Shown piece by piece: positions 38,001-47,384 of a stretch of DNA of 64,000 bases. Location: positions 3,720,001-3,784,000 of the forward strand of contig JAYWIR010000001.1 of assembly GCA_036172245.1 (NCBI GenBank). Reading direction: 5' to 3'. A model generated the notes under the pieces. It was not told the DNA's origin and searched no databases. It saw only the letters and a program-made list of their open reading frames with translations. The stretch comes from Raillietiella orientalis (taxonomy: Eukaryota). Both the position numbers and the translations under genes were made by a program. Position 1 is the first letter of the stretch. Each line of letters opens with the position of its first letter.

Positions 38001-38812
38001 GATTCGCGGGACCGACTCATCCTTCAGGCTTTTGACCTCGGTTCCGTCTTTCGAGACACGACCGTCTCCAGGGGTGTCTTCTCCTTTCTCCTCCCCGGTG
38101 TCTTCTCCCTCTGTGGAGACGTCCAAAATGGCGTCACGCTCCTCACCTTTCCCTAGTCCAGCTCTTTCTGGTGGTGCCAGAAGACGCGCCGCTGGACTTG
38201 CGCTCAGCACTCGAGGTCTGTCGCTCCTTCCCGTCCTCAGAAAGTCTCATCCGCCACCTTGAAGAGGTAGAGTAGGCCGGAGAGGTTCGTGAGTGGGTTC
38301 TAAGAACTTTCCAGAGACCACCCTACCTCTTCGAGGGACCCACATCCCCTCACTTAACATCACGAGAGGAACTCGACCCTCTCGAGCCCCAGCACACAGC
38401 ATCCTCCCGTCCCACTCTCACGAGCTTCCGACTCTCTTCACGGAGTTTTGCGCGCGAGGAGGAGGATCCAAGATCCCTACGAACTTCCTGGATTCCCTCT
38501 CTTCTCGGATCGTCATTAGCATTTTAGTAGGGATAGGGAGAAGGAGATCCGCGAGCACACGGCTGTTTGGACCACGCACAGTACGAAATTCTTTGTCCTC
38601 CCGGAAGCCCAGCCTCCGAGGGAGATGCGCGTCTCTCCCGTGGGCAACCCACGTGGACGCTTTGGCATTGGCACGCACCGGTAGGAGGAACCTCGGGGAA
38701 AAAAAAAAGACTCACCTGCTGCTGCTGTCGGAGTGATGCTCTGGCTCCCTGCTAGGAGAAAGCCCATCTCCAGCACAAGCGTCGCCCAACGCCTCGCTTC
38801 CCGTGCCATCAT
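4956..38812 (-). CDS. Nephrin-family (sticks-and-stones/hibris-like) Ig-superfamily cell-adhesion protein; spliced and 3'-partial: join(38716..38812,35450..35584,22053..22232,20668..20820,15083..15253,10936..11235,8299..8613,7770..7921,4956..5109)
   Basis: All eight internal introns are GT-AG and the phases chain correctly (1,1,1,1,1,1,1,0). Spliced Ig1 reads QSFRVAPTNLNATEGDTVLLPC...QWSKDGFALG|YDPEIPGYPHY...YFLRIDN...EEGNYQCQVGP, the characteristic nephrin/Sns N-terminus. Ig3 has GGNP.PTLTW, Ig4 has C.TSASNPAAKVTW and Ig5 has DGNPPATLSWFK, in the nephrin domain order. Orthology to sns versus hbs is not resolvable by eye. Confidence 0.92.
7770..7921 (-). CDS. Exon 8, N-terminal half of Ig5
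   Basis: ctgcag| acceptor and |GTGAGT donor (phase 0); RPPGRPVVVG...FVCISADGNPPATLSWFKEG. Confidence 0.9.
8299..8613 (-). CDS. Exon 7, Ig4
   Basis: ctttccag| acceptor and |GTACGT donor; YPPEEVIVTG...LSLVCRTSASNPAAKVTW...GGYVTLSTLVL...YTCRV...HVDVL. Confidence 0.92.
10936..11235 (-). CDS. Exon 6, Ig3
   Basis: cttttcag| acceptor and |GTAAGT donor; PVIQY...VTLLCEVEGGNPLPTLTWYRD...FTCRSHNEA...VRLSVR. Confidence 0.93.
11596..11652. repeat. 20-bp minisatellite, ~2.8 copies
   Basis: cctcggaagctcttgcacga / cctcggaagctcttgcgcga / cctcggaaaactcttgc. Confidence 0.9.
15083..15253 (-). CDS. Exon 5, C-terminal half of Ig2
   Basis: ctttccag| acceptor and |GTGAGT donor; encodes EELREDLTLKSSSKLWTTTSTATFRVSREDHLLRCSCSASHDFSKSSKIASVTLNVL. 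Confidence 0.88.
19650..21072. repeat. Diverged direct repeat pair (~19650-19878 and ~20845-21072) flanking exon 4
   Basis: Shared blocks gcaggaccga, gagcaccgcca.a.tggcagctga..gggtac, tacgcgggga and gaatccgaaatcctcga.cttcgagga.ccttccc. Confidence 0.8.
20668..20820 (-). CDS. Exon 4, N-terminal half of Ig2
   Basis: tttttcag| acceptor and |GTAAGA donor; encodes VGPSLVEIEGHRNNSKVDVRVNELLSLTCTAHHSKPPSTIVWTHGSRKLGP. Confidence 0.92.
22053..22232 (-). CDS. Exon 3, C-terminal half of Ig1
   Basis: ttccag| acceptor and |GTGAGG donor; encodes GYDPEIPGYPHYSMEINEKLGEYFLRIDNITSNEEGNYQCQVGPTFEQEEIFAGASVQVF. Confidence 0.95.
26019..26072. repeat. Compound (CA)n(TA)n microsatellite
   Basis: Direct reading of the sequence. 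Confidence 0.95.
26071..26588. mobile_element. Non-autonomous pogo/Tigger-like (Tc1/mariner superfamily) MITE
   Basis: Starts TA-CAGTAGAACCC and ends ...GGGAGCCTGTTG-TA; AT-rich interior; subterminal attatccatgtataa...cgtataacgcgg...catcc block shared with 52625-52671. The terminal inverted repeats (TIRs) are degenerate. Confidence 0.6.
26690..27532 (-). mobile_element. SINE-family copy in intron 2
   Basis: Head GGTGGCCATGTGGCTGCGGACTTCGCGCGTGGCACC...GCAGGTTCGAACCTCC; shared body and CCTGGATTCATAGGGTGGTCCCC...AACTTGAAGAGTTACAC block. Boundaries are approximate. Confidence 0.75.
32352..33240 (+). mobile_element. SINE-family copy in intron 2
   Basis: GGCCATGTGGTTGAGGTCTCCGCGCGCGGCACC...GCAGGTTCGAATACTCGGC head; internal gggttcccttcagagaaga subrepeats; ctggattcatagg block and the AAAGCTGGAAGGAAA tail region. 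Boundaries are approximate. Confidence 0.78.
35450..35584 (-). CDS. Exon 2, N-terminal half of Ig1
   Basis: ttccag| acceptor and |GTCAGC donor; encodes GEAKRQSFRVAPTNLNATEGDTVLLPCAVDSIAGKLQWSKDGFAL. Confidence 0.93.
   Translation of the reverse strand, partial: AKRRGRASGSPRRTSTPRKGTPSCSRAPSTASPGSCNGARTDSL
38716..38812 (-). CDS. Coding exon 1, signal peptide (MMAREARRWATLVLEMGFLLAGSQSITPTAAA)
   Basis: gccATGATGG start with an in-frame stop just upstream; basic then hydrophobic N-terminus; donor G|GTGAGT in phase 1, matching the next exon. Confidence 0.75.
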
Positions 38813-38815
38813 GGC

Positions 38816-38821
38816 TCACAT
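38816..38821 (-). promoter_or_regulatory. Minimal ATG-TGA start-stop uORF 3 nt upstream of the predicted initiator
   Basis: The minus strand reads ccgATGTGAgccATGATGGCA. Function is untested. Confidence 0.45.
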
Positions 38822-39924
38822 CGGAGGGTGAGGACTAGCGCTGTCGCTTCCGTCCTGGGCACCGCCATCTTCCAGGTCGTCGTTGGTGACGGCGGAGGCG
38901 GCGACCGAGACCGAGGCGAAAGCTACGGCAGCGCGGGACTCTCGCAGACTGGCTCGGAGGCGGCAACAGCGGCGGCACGGAGCAATCGCGGTCGCGCAGG
39001 GCAAACAGCGCTCTCAGGAAGCGAGGGGAGAAGCCCGTGGCGATTTCCGAGGTCGGCACTGCCTCCTACGCTTGTCAGGAAAAGATGAACGAGGATGGCC
39101 CCTGGTAGAGAATCAGATGCCCTCCTAATCAGACTCCAAGTCGAGGATTTCCCTCGTAACTTCCCGGGAGGTTGCCACGGTGCCCCCGGGGCATCGTCTA
39201 TCGAAAGCTTCCCTTCGTCTGTCGTGGTTGAGAGTGACCGTTTTTTTCTCCGGGAACGGCACTTTCCCTGGCTTCCGTGGAGCGACCTTTGCTCTCCCGT
39301 CCTTGCCTTGGTCATGGAGACCTCAGAGCAGCTGGCGTTCCCTTGTCTCAAAGCAAGCAGAGCTAATCACGTGCGTGGGGAAGAGGAAAGAGACGGGTGG
39401 ATCATCTGGTATAGAGACTGGGCGCGCGCGCTCTCCAGGAACAGGCGCGCTATCCGGACCATCTTCTTTTGGTGCGTCTGTTGGAGACAAGTCCGCCCAA
39501 GAGCGGCCGCCGGACGCAAAAAGCGCAGCCCGGATCCACGCACCGTGAAACTCCTCATCCGGAAGCGTAACCTCCCAAGCGGCGGACGACCCACCTCAGC
39601 GATCCCGCCGGCGCCTGGCTGGCCCATCGGGCATCCTGACGAAACTTCCGATGCCGCTCGCCGCCTTCCGTGTGAACGAGAGGGGGGCAGGTGGCTGTGG
39701 CCCCTTTGCCAAAACTGGATAGCGGGAAAAGAGCCCCGACGATTTCTGAGGTATCATTACCACAGGAAAGAAGGCCGGGACCCTTAGGTTCGGTTCCTCC
39801 AGCCCTCCGAGTGTCCCTTCGGCTTCTCCTTGCTCCTGTTCCGAAGGCTGGGGTGCTTCCCAGAGGGATCCTGCTTTCCGGAGCTTCCAGCCTCACCGGA
39901 AGCCCATGCTGGTCCCGGTCCTAA

Positions 39925-40582
39925 GCACGAGTAGGTCCTCCAGCACCTTCACGGCCTCGTCCTCCCCGATGATGATCACGGACCACGGGCAGCATCTTCT
40001 TCCGCCTGGGCAGGTGGCTCATGCCGACCTTGAGCGTCTTCGGCACCTCGAAGGGGCGGTCTAAGAGCCCCTACCCGCACGAGCGGAAGACGTGCCGGTA
40101 CTCGCCCCTCAGCCAGCCGGCGGCAATGAGGTTGGTCAGCTGGAACTTCAGTCTGCTCCAGTATTCCTTGGTCGCGTTGGTGCGCAGCGTCAACAGCTCC
40201 TCCCTCCTGACGCTCGAGGTCCTCATCTAGTTTAGATTCTCATCGATAAAGAACTCGTCTATCTTGAGGTTCCGGTCTCATGGATCACGCCTCCGGTGTC
40301 TAGGATGCCGATCCTGGTCTTCGGGTTGAGCACCCTCTTCATCATCCTCCTAACCATTTCCTTCCGGAGACCACCTTCCGGAAACGTAAGAAGATGCCTA
40401 CCTGGAAGGAACTGAGCCACCGTCATCATGAGGGCCCTCGGTAGAGCGCGATGCTCCTGAGCTTTTCTTCTTCCTCAAACTTCATATTTTGGCCTGAAGG
40501 CTTACGGGACCCTCAGAGCTCTCCTTTGATCTGAGGATAAAACGAAGGGCTTAATATCTCTCTTAACGAAGCTGACGTCGAA
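39925..40582 (-). pseudogene. Probable decayed Ser/Thr protein-kinase-like remnant
   Basis: Minus-strand FVKRDIKPFVL (RDIKP at 40561-40547) resembles the HRDIKP catalytic loop. Downstream, TFPEGGLRKEMVRRMMKRVLNPKTRIGI resembles kinase subdomain XI. Codon-like GC3-rich sequence is interrupted by stops and frameshifts. Confidence 0.38.
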
Positions 40583-41696
40583 CTGGAAAAGGAAGGGAAG
40601 GCGTGCTGCTCCCCCCTATCGCCCTGTTGGCTCATTCCCGAACCTTGGCTCCAGCTGACCTCGCCATCACCATTCCTTTGCTCTCCGCTGAGCGCGACAA
40701 TTGCCGCGGGCGACCGGAAACCGTCGCCAGTCACACCTCGGAGACGTGCGGAGACCGTCCGCCTGATGGGCTGCTGAGAGCAGCAGAGTCCGAAGAACGG
40801 ATCACGTTCCGTGAGCGCGCAGACGCACCTCTCCCTCCCCCCTCCTTCCCCTTCCCCCCTCAGGCTGACCTCCCTCCGCTCCTCTGTCCCCTCGACGGCG
40901 AACCACTCGGCCGGCACCTTAGCGCGGGATCCCCGCACGAGACCGTTCGCTCTCCGCGCGCCAGCTCCCTGCCGGCCCGCTCACGGAGTTTCCGTCCCTC
41001 CGCCTCCCGCGAACAGCATCCGGAAGTCCCTTTTTCCGAACTGGGAAAATGCGCATCCGTCCGGCGCGTCAGGCGCGCGCCCCTGGCACCGGGAGAGGAT
41101 TCACCCGCCCGGCACCTCCCGGAGTCGTCCTCAGAACCGATGGGCTGGGTTTCCGGTGGCGTGTTCTAGCAGCTGAAGGGGAAATTCTCGTACCCCAGCG
41201 ATTTCGGGGAACGCAGGGGAGGACTCCTGCTCGGGTGATCGCGCGCCGAGGATCGCCAGGACGGACGAGGAAGACAACAGCGCGCATTTCCGGAAGTGGC
41301 TCGCATAAAGAGCAAGGTGGTGATGGGGCGACAAGCCGATAACCCAAAAAATGGGTTATCAGCGCCCCCAAAAATGGGGCGCTTTTTATTGAGGCAGCTC
41401 CTTTAGGAATTCATCCTTAGAGAAGTTTCGAAAGCTGGGGATAGGGAAGGGAGAATGGTGGATGAAGGCGCTGTGTCTACATTCAGTTACGCCTGGGCAT
41501 TTATCGTGGGGAAAAAAAAAAACAATTCAATGGATTACCATGAAATGATGGGATGCCACAGTATAGTATCATAGTAGCTCTTCCAACTAGGAGTACGAGA
41601 AGTTGTGTGCATTCCTGGGAATGTTTCCGACAGCCTGCCAGAAGACAGACTACTCGTTTGGTATCCATTTTTTTCGATTGTCCTCCTGAGCGTCTG

Positions 41697-42243
41697 GGAA
41701 CGCTTCGCTGCTGCCCTCCCTCTCCTGATGGACAACGGCAAGGAGGTCTAGCAGCGCCTCTTCTCGCACGACTCCATGTCGCGCGAGATGCAGCCTCGTG
41801 CGCCTTTGTAGGGCTGAAGCGGCGAAAAGCCGCGCCGAAAGAGACCAGTCGAACGGTCAGGTCATCGCGATCGTCTGCCCCTTCATGAGGAAGGCGACAA
41901 GATAGACACATCTCTGCCAGCAAAAGAAGGAGGAAGTTGCCAACACGCTCCAGAGGATGCTGAGGACGCGAGGAAGAAATCTGTGATCCCTTCCCATCAC
42001 CCCTTCCCACCCACCCCCAACATATTTTTAAACTGAAATTTTGTGTTTGTTTTGTTTGCCCCTTCCCCCACTCCTCCTGTGTGGACCTCATCGGGGAGCT
42101 GCTCACGAGACGCAGCTCCCCCGGGGTCTTTCCCTTCGTAGTGGTGATGTGAAGTGACTACGAGAAAAGACATTTTGTATTTTTTGTGACTTTTTTTTTT
42201 CTTCTAAGTATTTTTTTCACAATAAACGCCCCTGCGTTACCGG
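41697..42243 (+). repeat. Left arm of a long inverted duplication (partner 47385-48959, interrupted by a SINE)
   Basis: 41697-41931 is the near-exact reverse complement of 48724-48959, and ~41922-42243 is the reverse complement of 47385-47672. Confidence 0.92.
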
Positions 42244-42282
42244 GTGAAAATTAAAAAAAAAAACAGTGGGACTTCAGGAGAG

Positions 42283-43161
42283 TCCGCGCGGGCGGCAATG
42301 TGACCATCAAGAGTTTCAGATTGGAATACCTGGAAAGGATCGACTCCGTGAACGCGTGGTGAGTCGTGGGTTTCGAGTTCCTCCCGCGAGATGACTCTGG
42401 TTGGTCTACTCGGGTACGACACTGGTGGAAGCCGAAAACCGGATGTCCCCGTTAACTGGCCGGGATTGGAAGTCGACCCTCCGCTGTGCTTCCAGGACCT
42501 TGAGGAGCGACGGATCCCTTTAAGTTCCCTTCCAGTTGTCCCTGCCCTCGGAAAGGGACCATCCATCGCGTATCATGCATCTGGTTGATCTGCTCGGGGA
42601 GTGGCCTGTCCAGAGTGTAAGAGCGGTGCTATCTTCATGGGGCACCCTCCAGAAGAATTGGGAAGCATTCCTTTGGAGTTCTCTTTGGAGGAGTACCAAC
42701 AAGGAGCGGTTTCCTTCCAGGTTCCTTGCGGGGAAGAAACTCCAAGGTCGGATTTTTTCCGGGTTCCCTTCAGAGAAGAAACAGGTGAAAATAAGGGAAA
42801 GGTTCCCTTCGGATTTCCCACCCAATTTTGAGAAGAAAAAACTCCTCCTTCCAAACTCTTCCTGGATTCATAGGGTGGTCCCCTCCTGGGATATCCCGTA
42901 ACTTGAAGAGTTAACACATGCCCTCGGTTGGTGTGAACAGCGTTAAAGAGCTTTGTAATCCCCCCTCTTTCCATCCCCCCTTTCCCTCCAGGAGGCGAAC
43001 GGGTCTTCAGCACTCAGCGAACCAAAAAAAGGAAAACCCCCCAAAAAGGAAAGGCTGGAAAGAGGAAAGTGAAACGGAAAAACCCAGAAGGATTTCAATC
43101 ATCCTAGGGCAATAGTGACGATCTCCTCGTAAAGTCGCTACTTGCCTTAAGAAAAAAAAAA
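42283..43161 (+). mobile_element. SINE-family copy with intact 3' end
   Basis: Degenerate head, shared body, and the same terminal CCTAGGGCAATAGTGACGATCTCCTC...GTCGCTACTTGCCTTAAG followed by an A tract, as in the 47673-48723 copy. Confidence 0.8.
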
Positions 43162-46100
43162 CGATGCTACTACTCCAAAGTCGAATGCCATTTGCCTGCT
43201 AGGTAACCAGGAGCTACCGCACTGTAAGCTGTGGCGAGGAAACCAAACATACATATATAGATGTATACATATGTGTATCTTTGCGGAGGGTTAGGGTAGG
43301 GTAGGGTCATTGGTGGTTTCCATGAGCGTACCTCATCCTCTGGTGGATGCTTGGTTTGAGTCCGTCCAGATTACGCCACCTCGATGCTTCTCCCCTCAGG
43401 AAGCTGATGGTGAGGTAGGTGGCGTCCCTGTCAGCGCGCCCTTGTTCCGCGGAGGTCCTGACCATCACGATTCCTCGAAGGCGGCAAAGAACTGCTATCC
43501 CCACCGCAGGAGGTGCATTTCCCACCTGGAAAAAAGAAAACCTTTTTAATCAGTCTTCAGAACGGCTCTTGGGCAGTCAAGGACGGTCACGGAAGATCCC
43601 CAGGCTCGCTGGAGGGCAGCACAATCCATGATGGGGATTCCTCCTCCGAGCAGTGGCGTCGGTGGAAGCTGTGCGGAGTTCCCCGGTTCTGCAGAGGAGG
43701 CGCGTCGATTCCTCGAAAGGATGCGGAAATGGGGGTCACGAATGGGGCCGGGATCTTCAGGTCTTCCGTTGAAAGATGCTCTTAGCGAAGAAGTCCCGCA
43801 GGAAGGACACTGGATATTCCACAGGATATCTCCCACCTTGCCAGTAGACAGGTATCGTTCCGATCCCAAATGGGAGCACCGCTGCAGAAAAGGAAGATCG
43901 CACTCTAACTGGACCACTTTCCCTTTTTTTTAATTTGTGCTGCCTCCCTATCGAGTGACGCGACCCTATTTCCTCAGTTGACCGCAAACGACGATTGCCA
44001 GGAAGGAGGGGGGGGGGGTCTCGGTGACTCGTACCCAGGTCCTTACTGTCTCCAGACATTAGTGTTTTCTGGGATGCAGAGGATTCACGGGTGGATCTCT
44101 CTCCATGGAGGCCACCGAAGTGGGCAACGGGATGAGCAATGCGAGTCTTCGGAAAAGGGAGTTTTGTAGTCCTGCGCTCTGTGGCGCGTGTCGTAGACCG
44201 AAAAGGGAAAAACTCTTAGTAAGACTGGCCTTCCTGCTGCGGGAAGGAATAGAGAGGGCAGTCCCACTTGGGGCTCGGTCCGTAATGAAAGAGGTTGGGA
44301 CAACAATGAACAGGCAGGAGCAAACGAATAACGGACGGCAAAGGGGGTCGTCACTGGACTCCAGTCCTTCTGGCCCCTAGTGCTTCTCCAACTTGGCCGG
44401 TGACTTCTCCTGCTGATAGAGCCAAGTCGAAATCACCCTACCGCCTTCCGTGGTGTGGAAGTGTCCGAGATGGAGGCTGACGTCACCCACCTCTGCAGGA
44501 GCACCTCTGACCTCGCAGGCGAGATGCCTCGATGCTGCTCGTGCGGCAGGGCACATGGAGACAGCTGCTGAGCGCGTCTTCAGGGCGGCCGGGGTTTCAC
44601 TCCACCCACTGGAGCATCAAGAGCCCGCTCTTGGTGTGAGCTCGGCTCTTGGTGACTCTCGGTGGGGCTGCCGCACTAAAACGGACCCATGAGGCAACCC
44701 TTGCCTGTGAGGGAAGCCGCCATCCTCCCCTACTTTCCTACCAGGATCTTCCGAGGAAGGAGAAATCGAGATGGGGAGTCACTCTCTTCCACGAAGGCGC
44801 TGTGACGTATTCCCGCTGGAGCCGAAATCCTCGGGAAGCGGGGATCGCAGCAGCAGGCAGATTCGCCTCCCGTTCACTTTCTTCTGCCTCTATGGGCAGG
44901 AAGGATGGAAGAGCGGAGAGGGAGAAGGCGTCTCGCTTTTCCCATAAGGACGACTTTTCTTCCGTGCTGCGAGCTGGAGAAGAGAAGGTAGGGAAGCTGG
45001 GAAGCAGACACCCGTGAAAGCGCGCCCTGGAAATCTCCGATGACGAAGTCACGACTCAGGTGGAAAAAAAATCAGACTCTGAAGATGCTTTTTCGGGAGG
45101 CGATCGGAGGAATTGAAGCGCGACTTCCGTCTGAGCCCCGTGGGGAGAGGTGAAAAAGGGGGAGAAAAGGGTAGGGAAGTTTTCCCTCTCCTCCTTCTCT
45201 ATGCCAGGAGTCACACTTCGGGGGCATCTCCGCACCGTTCGTGAGCGAGCGGACTGGAACCTGAAAGCTTTCCGCTCGGTTGCCCGGGGGCATTTATTTA
45301 TTTTTTCTGTGTTTTACAAAACTGAAACTGCAAAAAAAAAAAAAAAAAGGAACGCAATTGCTCTGGAGCCAAAAAGAAAAAAACAAGGCAGCGGAAAGAA
45401 GTTTAGCAGTAGGCCGGAAGACATTGTTCACAGCACGGAGGAGGAGGGACAGAATGGACAAACACATAGTTGGTGGGTGAGGATGGGGACACAGAAGGGA
45501 TCGCTTCTTCTCTTCCAGAGTCTCCGTGCGACTCTGGCGATTACCCTAATGAGTTCCAGTTTCAGATGAGGTCACTCCTGCACGCTATCTTCAAGAAGGC
45601 CGGAGAGATGGCAGGCAGCCTCTCGCCCCAGGCGCAGCTCCAGCGAGTGCCGGGCTGTGAAGATGCGGTGGATCCAACACTAGAGCGCTATTCACGGTAA
45701 CAGGCGAGGAACACCCTCCCTCGTGAAGAAAGGGCACAGCAGTTCGGTGTATCTTCCGGGTGGAGGAGCGCCGCAATGGGCAGATGACGCCGCCGCGGCT
45801 CACCAGCACACCTGGAGAAGCACTCCCCCTCGTTGCGTGGTGCACGTGTCCACTGCAAAGGAGAGCCCGATGCAAGGGCGGCATCGCATTGCGAGCAGGG
45901 GAAAGAGGGCAGGAGAGAGTCTGAACATGGGAGAGGAACACAAAGCCTAGAGGAGAGGACCATACGAGGTCGCCCTCAAAGCGGTTTTCAGATGAGACAG
46001 TTTCTGCAAGCATTCCAGAAACAGCGCGCGCCATTTGTCCATACACCCTATGCAGGGGGCATGATCGCATGGCGGAAGAGTTGCCTGTAGCGGAGAAGGC

Positions 46101-47384
46101 CAATCCACCCAAGAGGTGGCGGGCGATTGAGGGGAGGAAGGTCTTTCCTTCTTTCGGGATGCTGCTTCGGAAATATCCTCGCGAGGTATCCTGGAGTGAT
46201 CGAAATGGAGTAAGAGGGAGAGAAGGATGACGAACGCAAAGAAGGGATGCTCATGATGGAGACGCGCAGCAAGTGATCAGTCAAAGAGGGAAGCAGCCAT
46301 CCCTCGTCCAGAACTAGGAGAAGGAGAAGGAATTTTGGGGAAAAGACGAGGGAAACGAAACGCTCGGCTTCTCGGAGAAAGAAACGCGCACGTGAAGCCT
46401 TCTCGCAGAGTGCGAGGATACCAGAGGCGGTTCTTTCTGTGGACGGGGGGATGTTAGCCATCGAGAGGACCCAGGCGGAGGAGTCCTCGGAAATGTTTAT
46501 GGTCGGGATGATTCTTGAGTAATGATCTGCGAAATAAATGAGAAGGTAACAATATGGTCGGAAATTTCATTAAAGAGGACGCGGACGGAAAGAACAGTAG
46601 GGAGAGAGAAAAGAGGACAAGGATGGAAAAAAAAAAATGCACAGCATCATAAATCTGTCGTATCTGCAGCGAAATGATCGCGAAATGCAACACTCCATTA
46701 TTTCTGAAGCGGATGGATCAGGCATGGAGAGTCATTTCCGGGAGTCCAAGCTGCTCAGCCGATGATTGTCAAGGGGGTGAAAATTAATGCATTTCGGGAG
46801 CACTTCGGGAATCAAATTGGTGTTGACTACTTGGACCGAAGTTTTGATCATGCTCCATTGAGCAGCCTAGAGCTCGTGCTGCTTCCTTGGACCGAAGGAA
46901 GGCGGGTGGCCTGCCTGGCGAGAGCGGTTGTGCCTATGGACTCGCCGGAGACCCTGACGAAATTGTGACGTCGACAACGATGCAGCTTCCATTCTGGCGG
47001 GGAGCCACGGCTGTTTCCCGGCGACTTTTTTTCCTCCCCTTTTCTTCCTTCCCCCTCCTCCCCGGCTGCGGACGCAGGGAACAACAGGTTCTCTGAGGAG
47101 GCCGCTTCAGGTCTCGCGAGGCTGGATCGCTCGAGACGGCGAGAAAACCTGCACCGGTGGCCTTCCAGATGCTTCCTGAAAAACGCTCTCGACCCGTTCT
47201 ACCGCGTCCCTTTCCGAAAGCTAAAGCGAGGTCGAAAACAAGGTCAACTGCTCGTCGGCTGCACCGTCCCCCTTTTAATGCATGGATTGTGCAATCGAAA
47301 CACATTTTACGTATTGAGCCACGCACCGTTATTGGCACACCGGGGACCCTTCGCTCCATCGGCAGTCGGCGTCTTTATCTCATT

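Noticed and set aside
43288..43306. GGGTTAGGGTAGGGTAGGG G-quadruplex/telomere-like motif, and CTAAC repeats at ~29201-29272
   Set aside because: Too short to call interstitial telomere sequence or function; such motifs are common by chance or within TEs.
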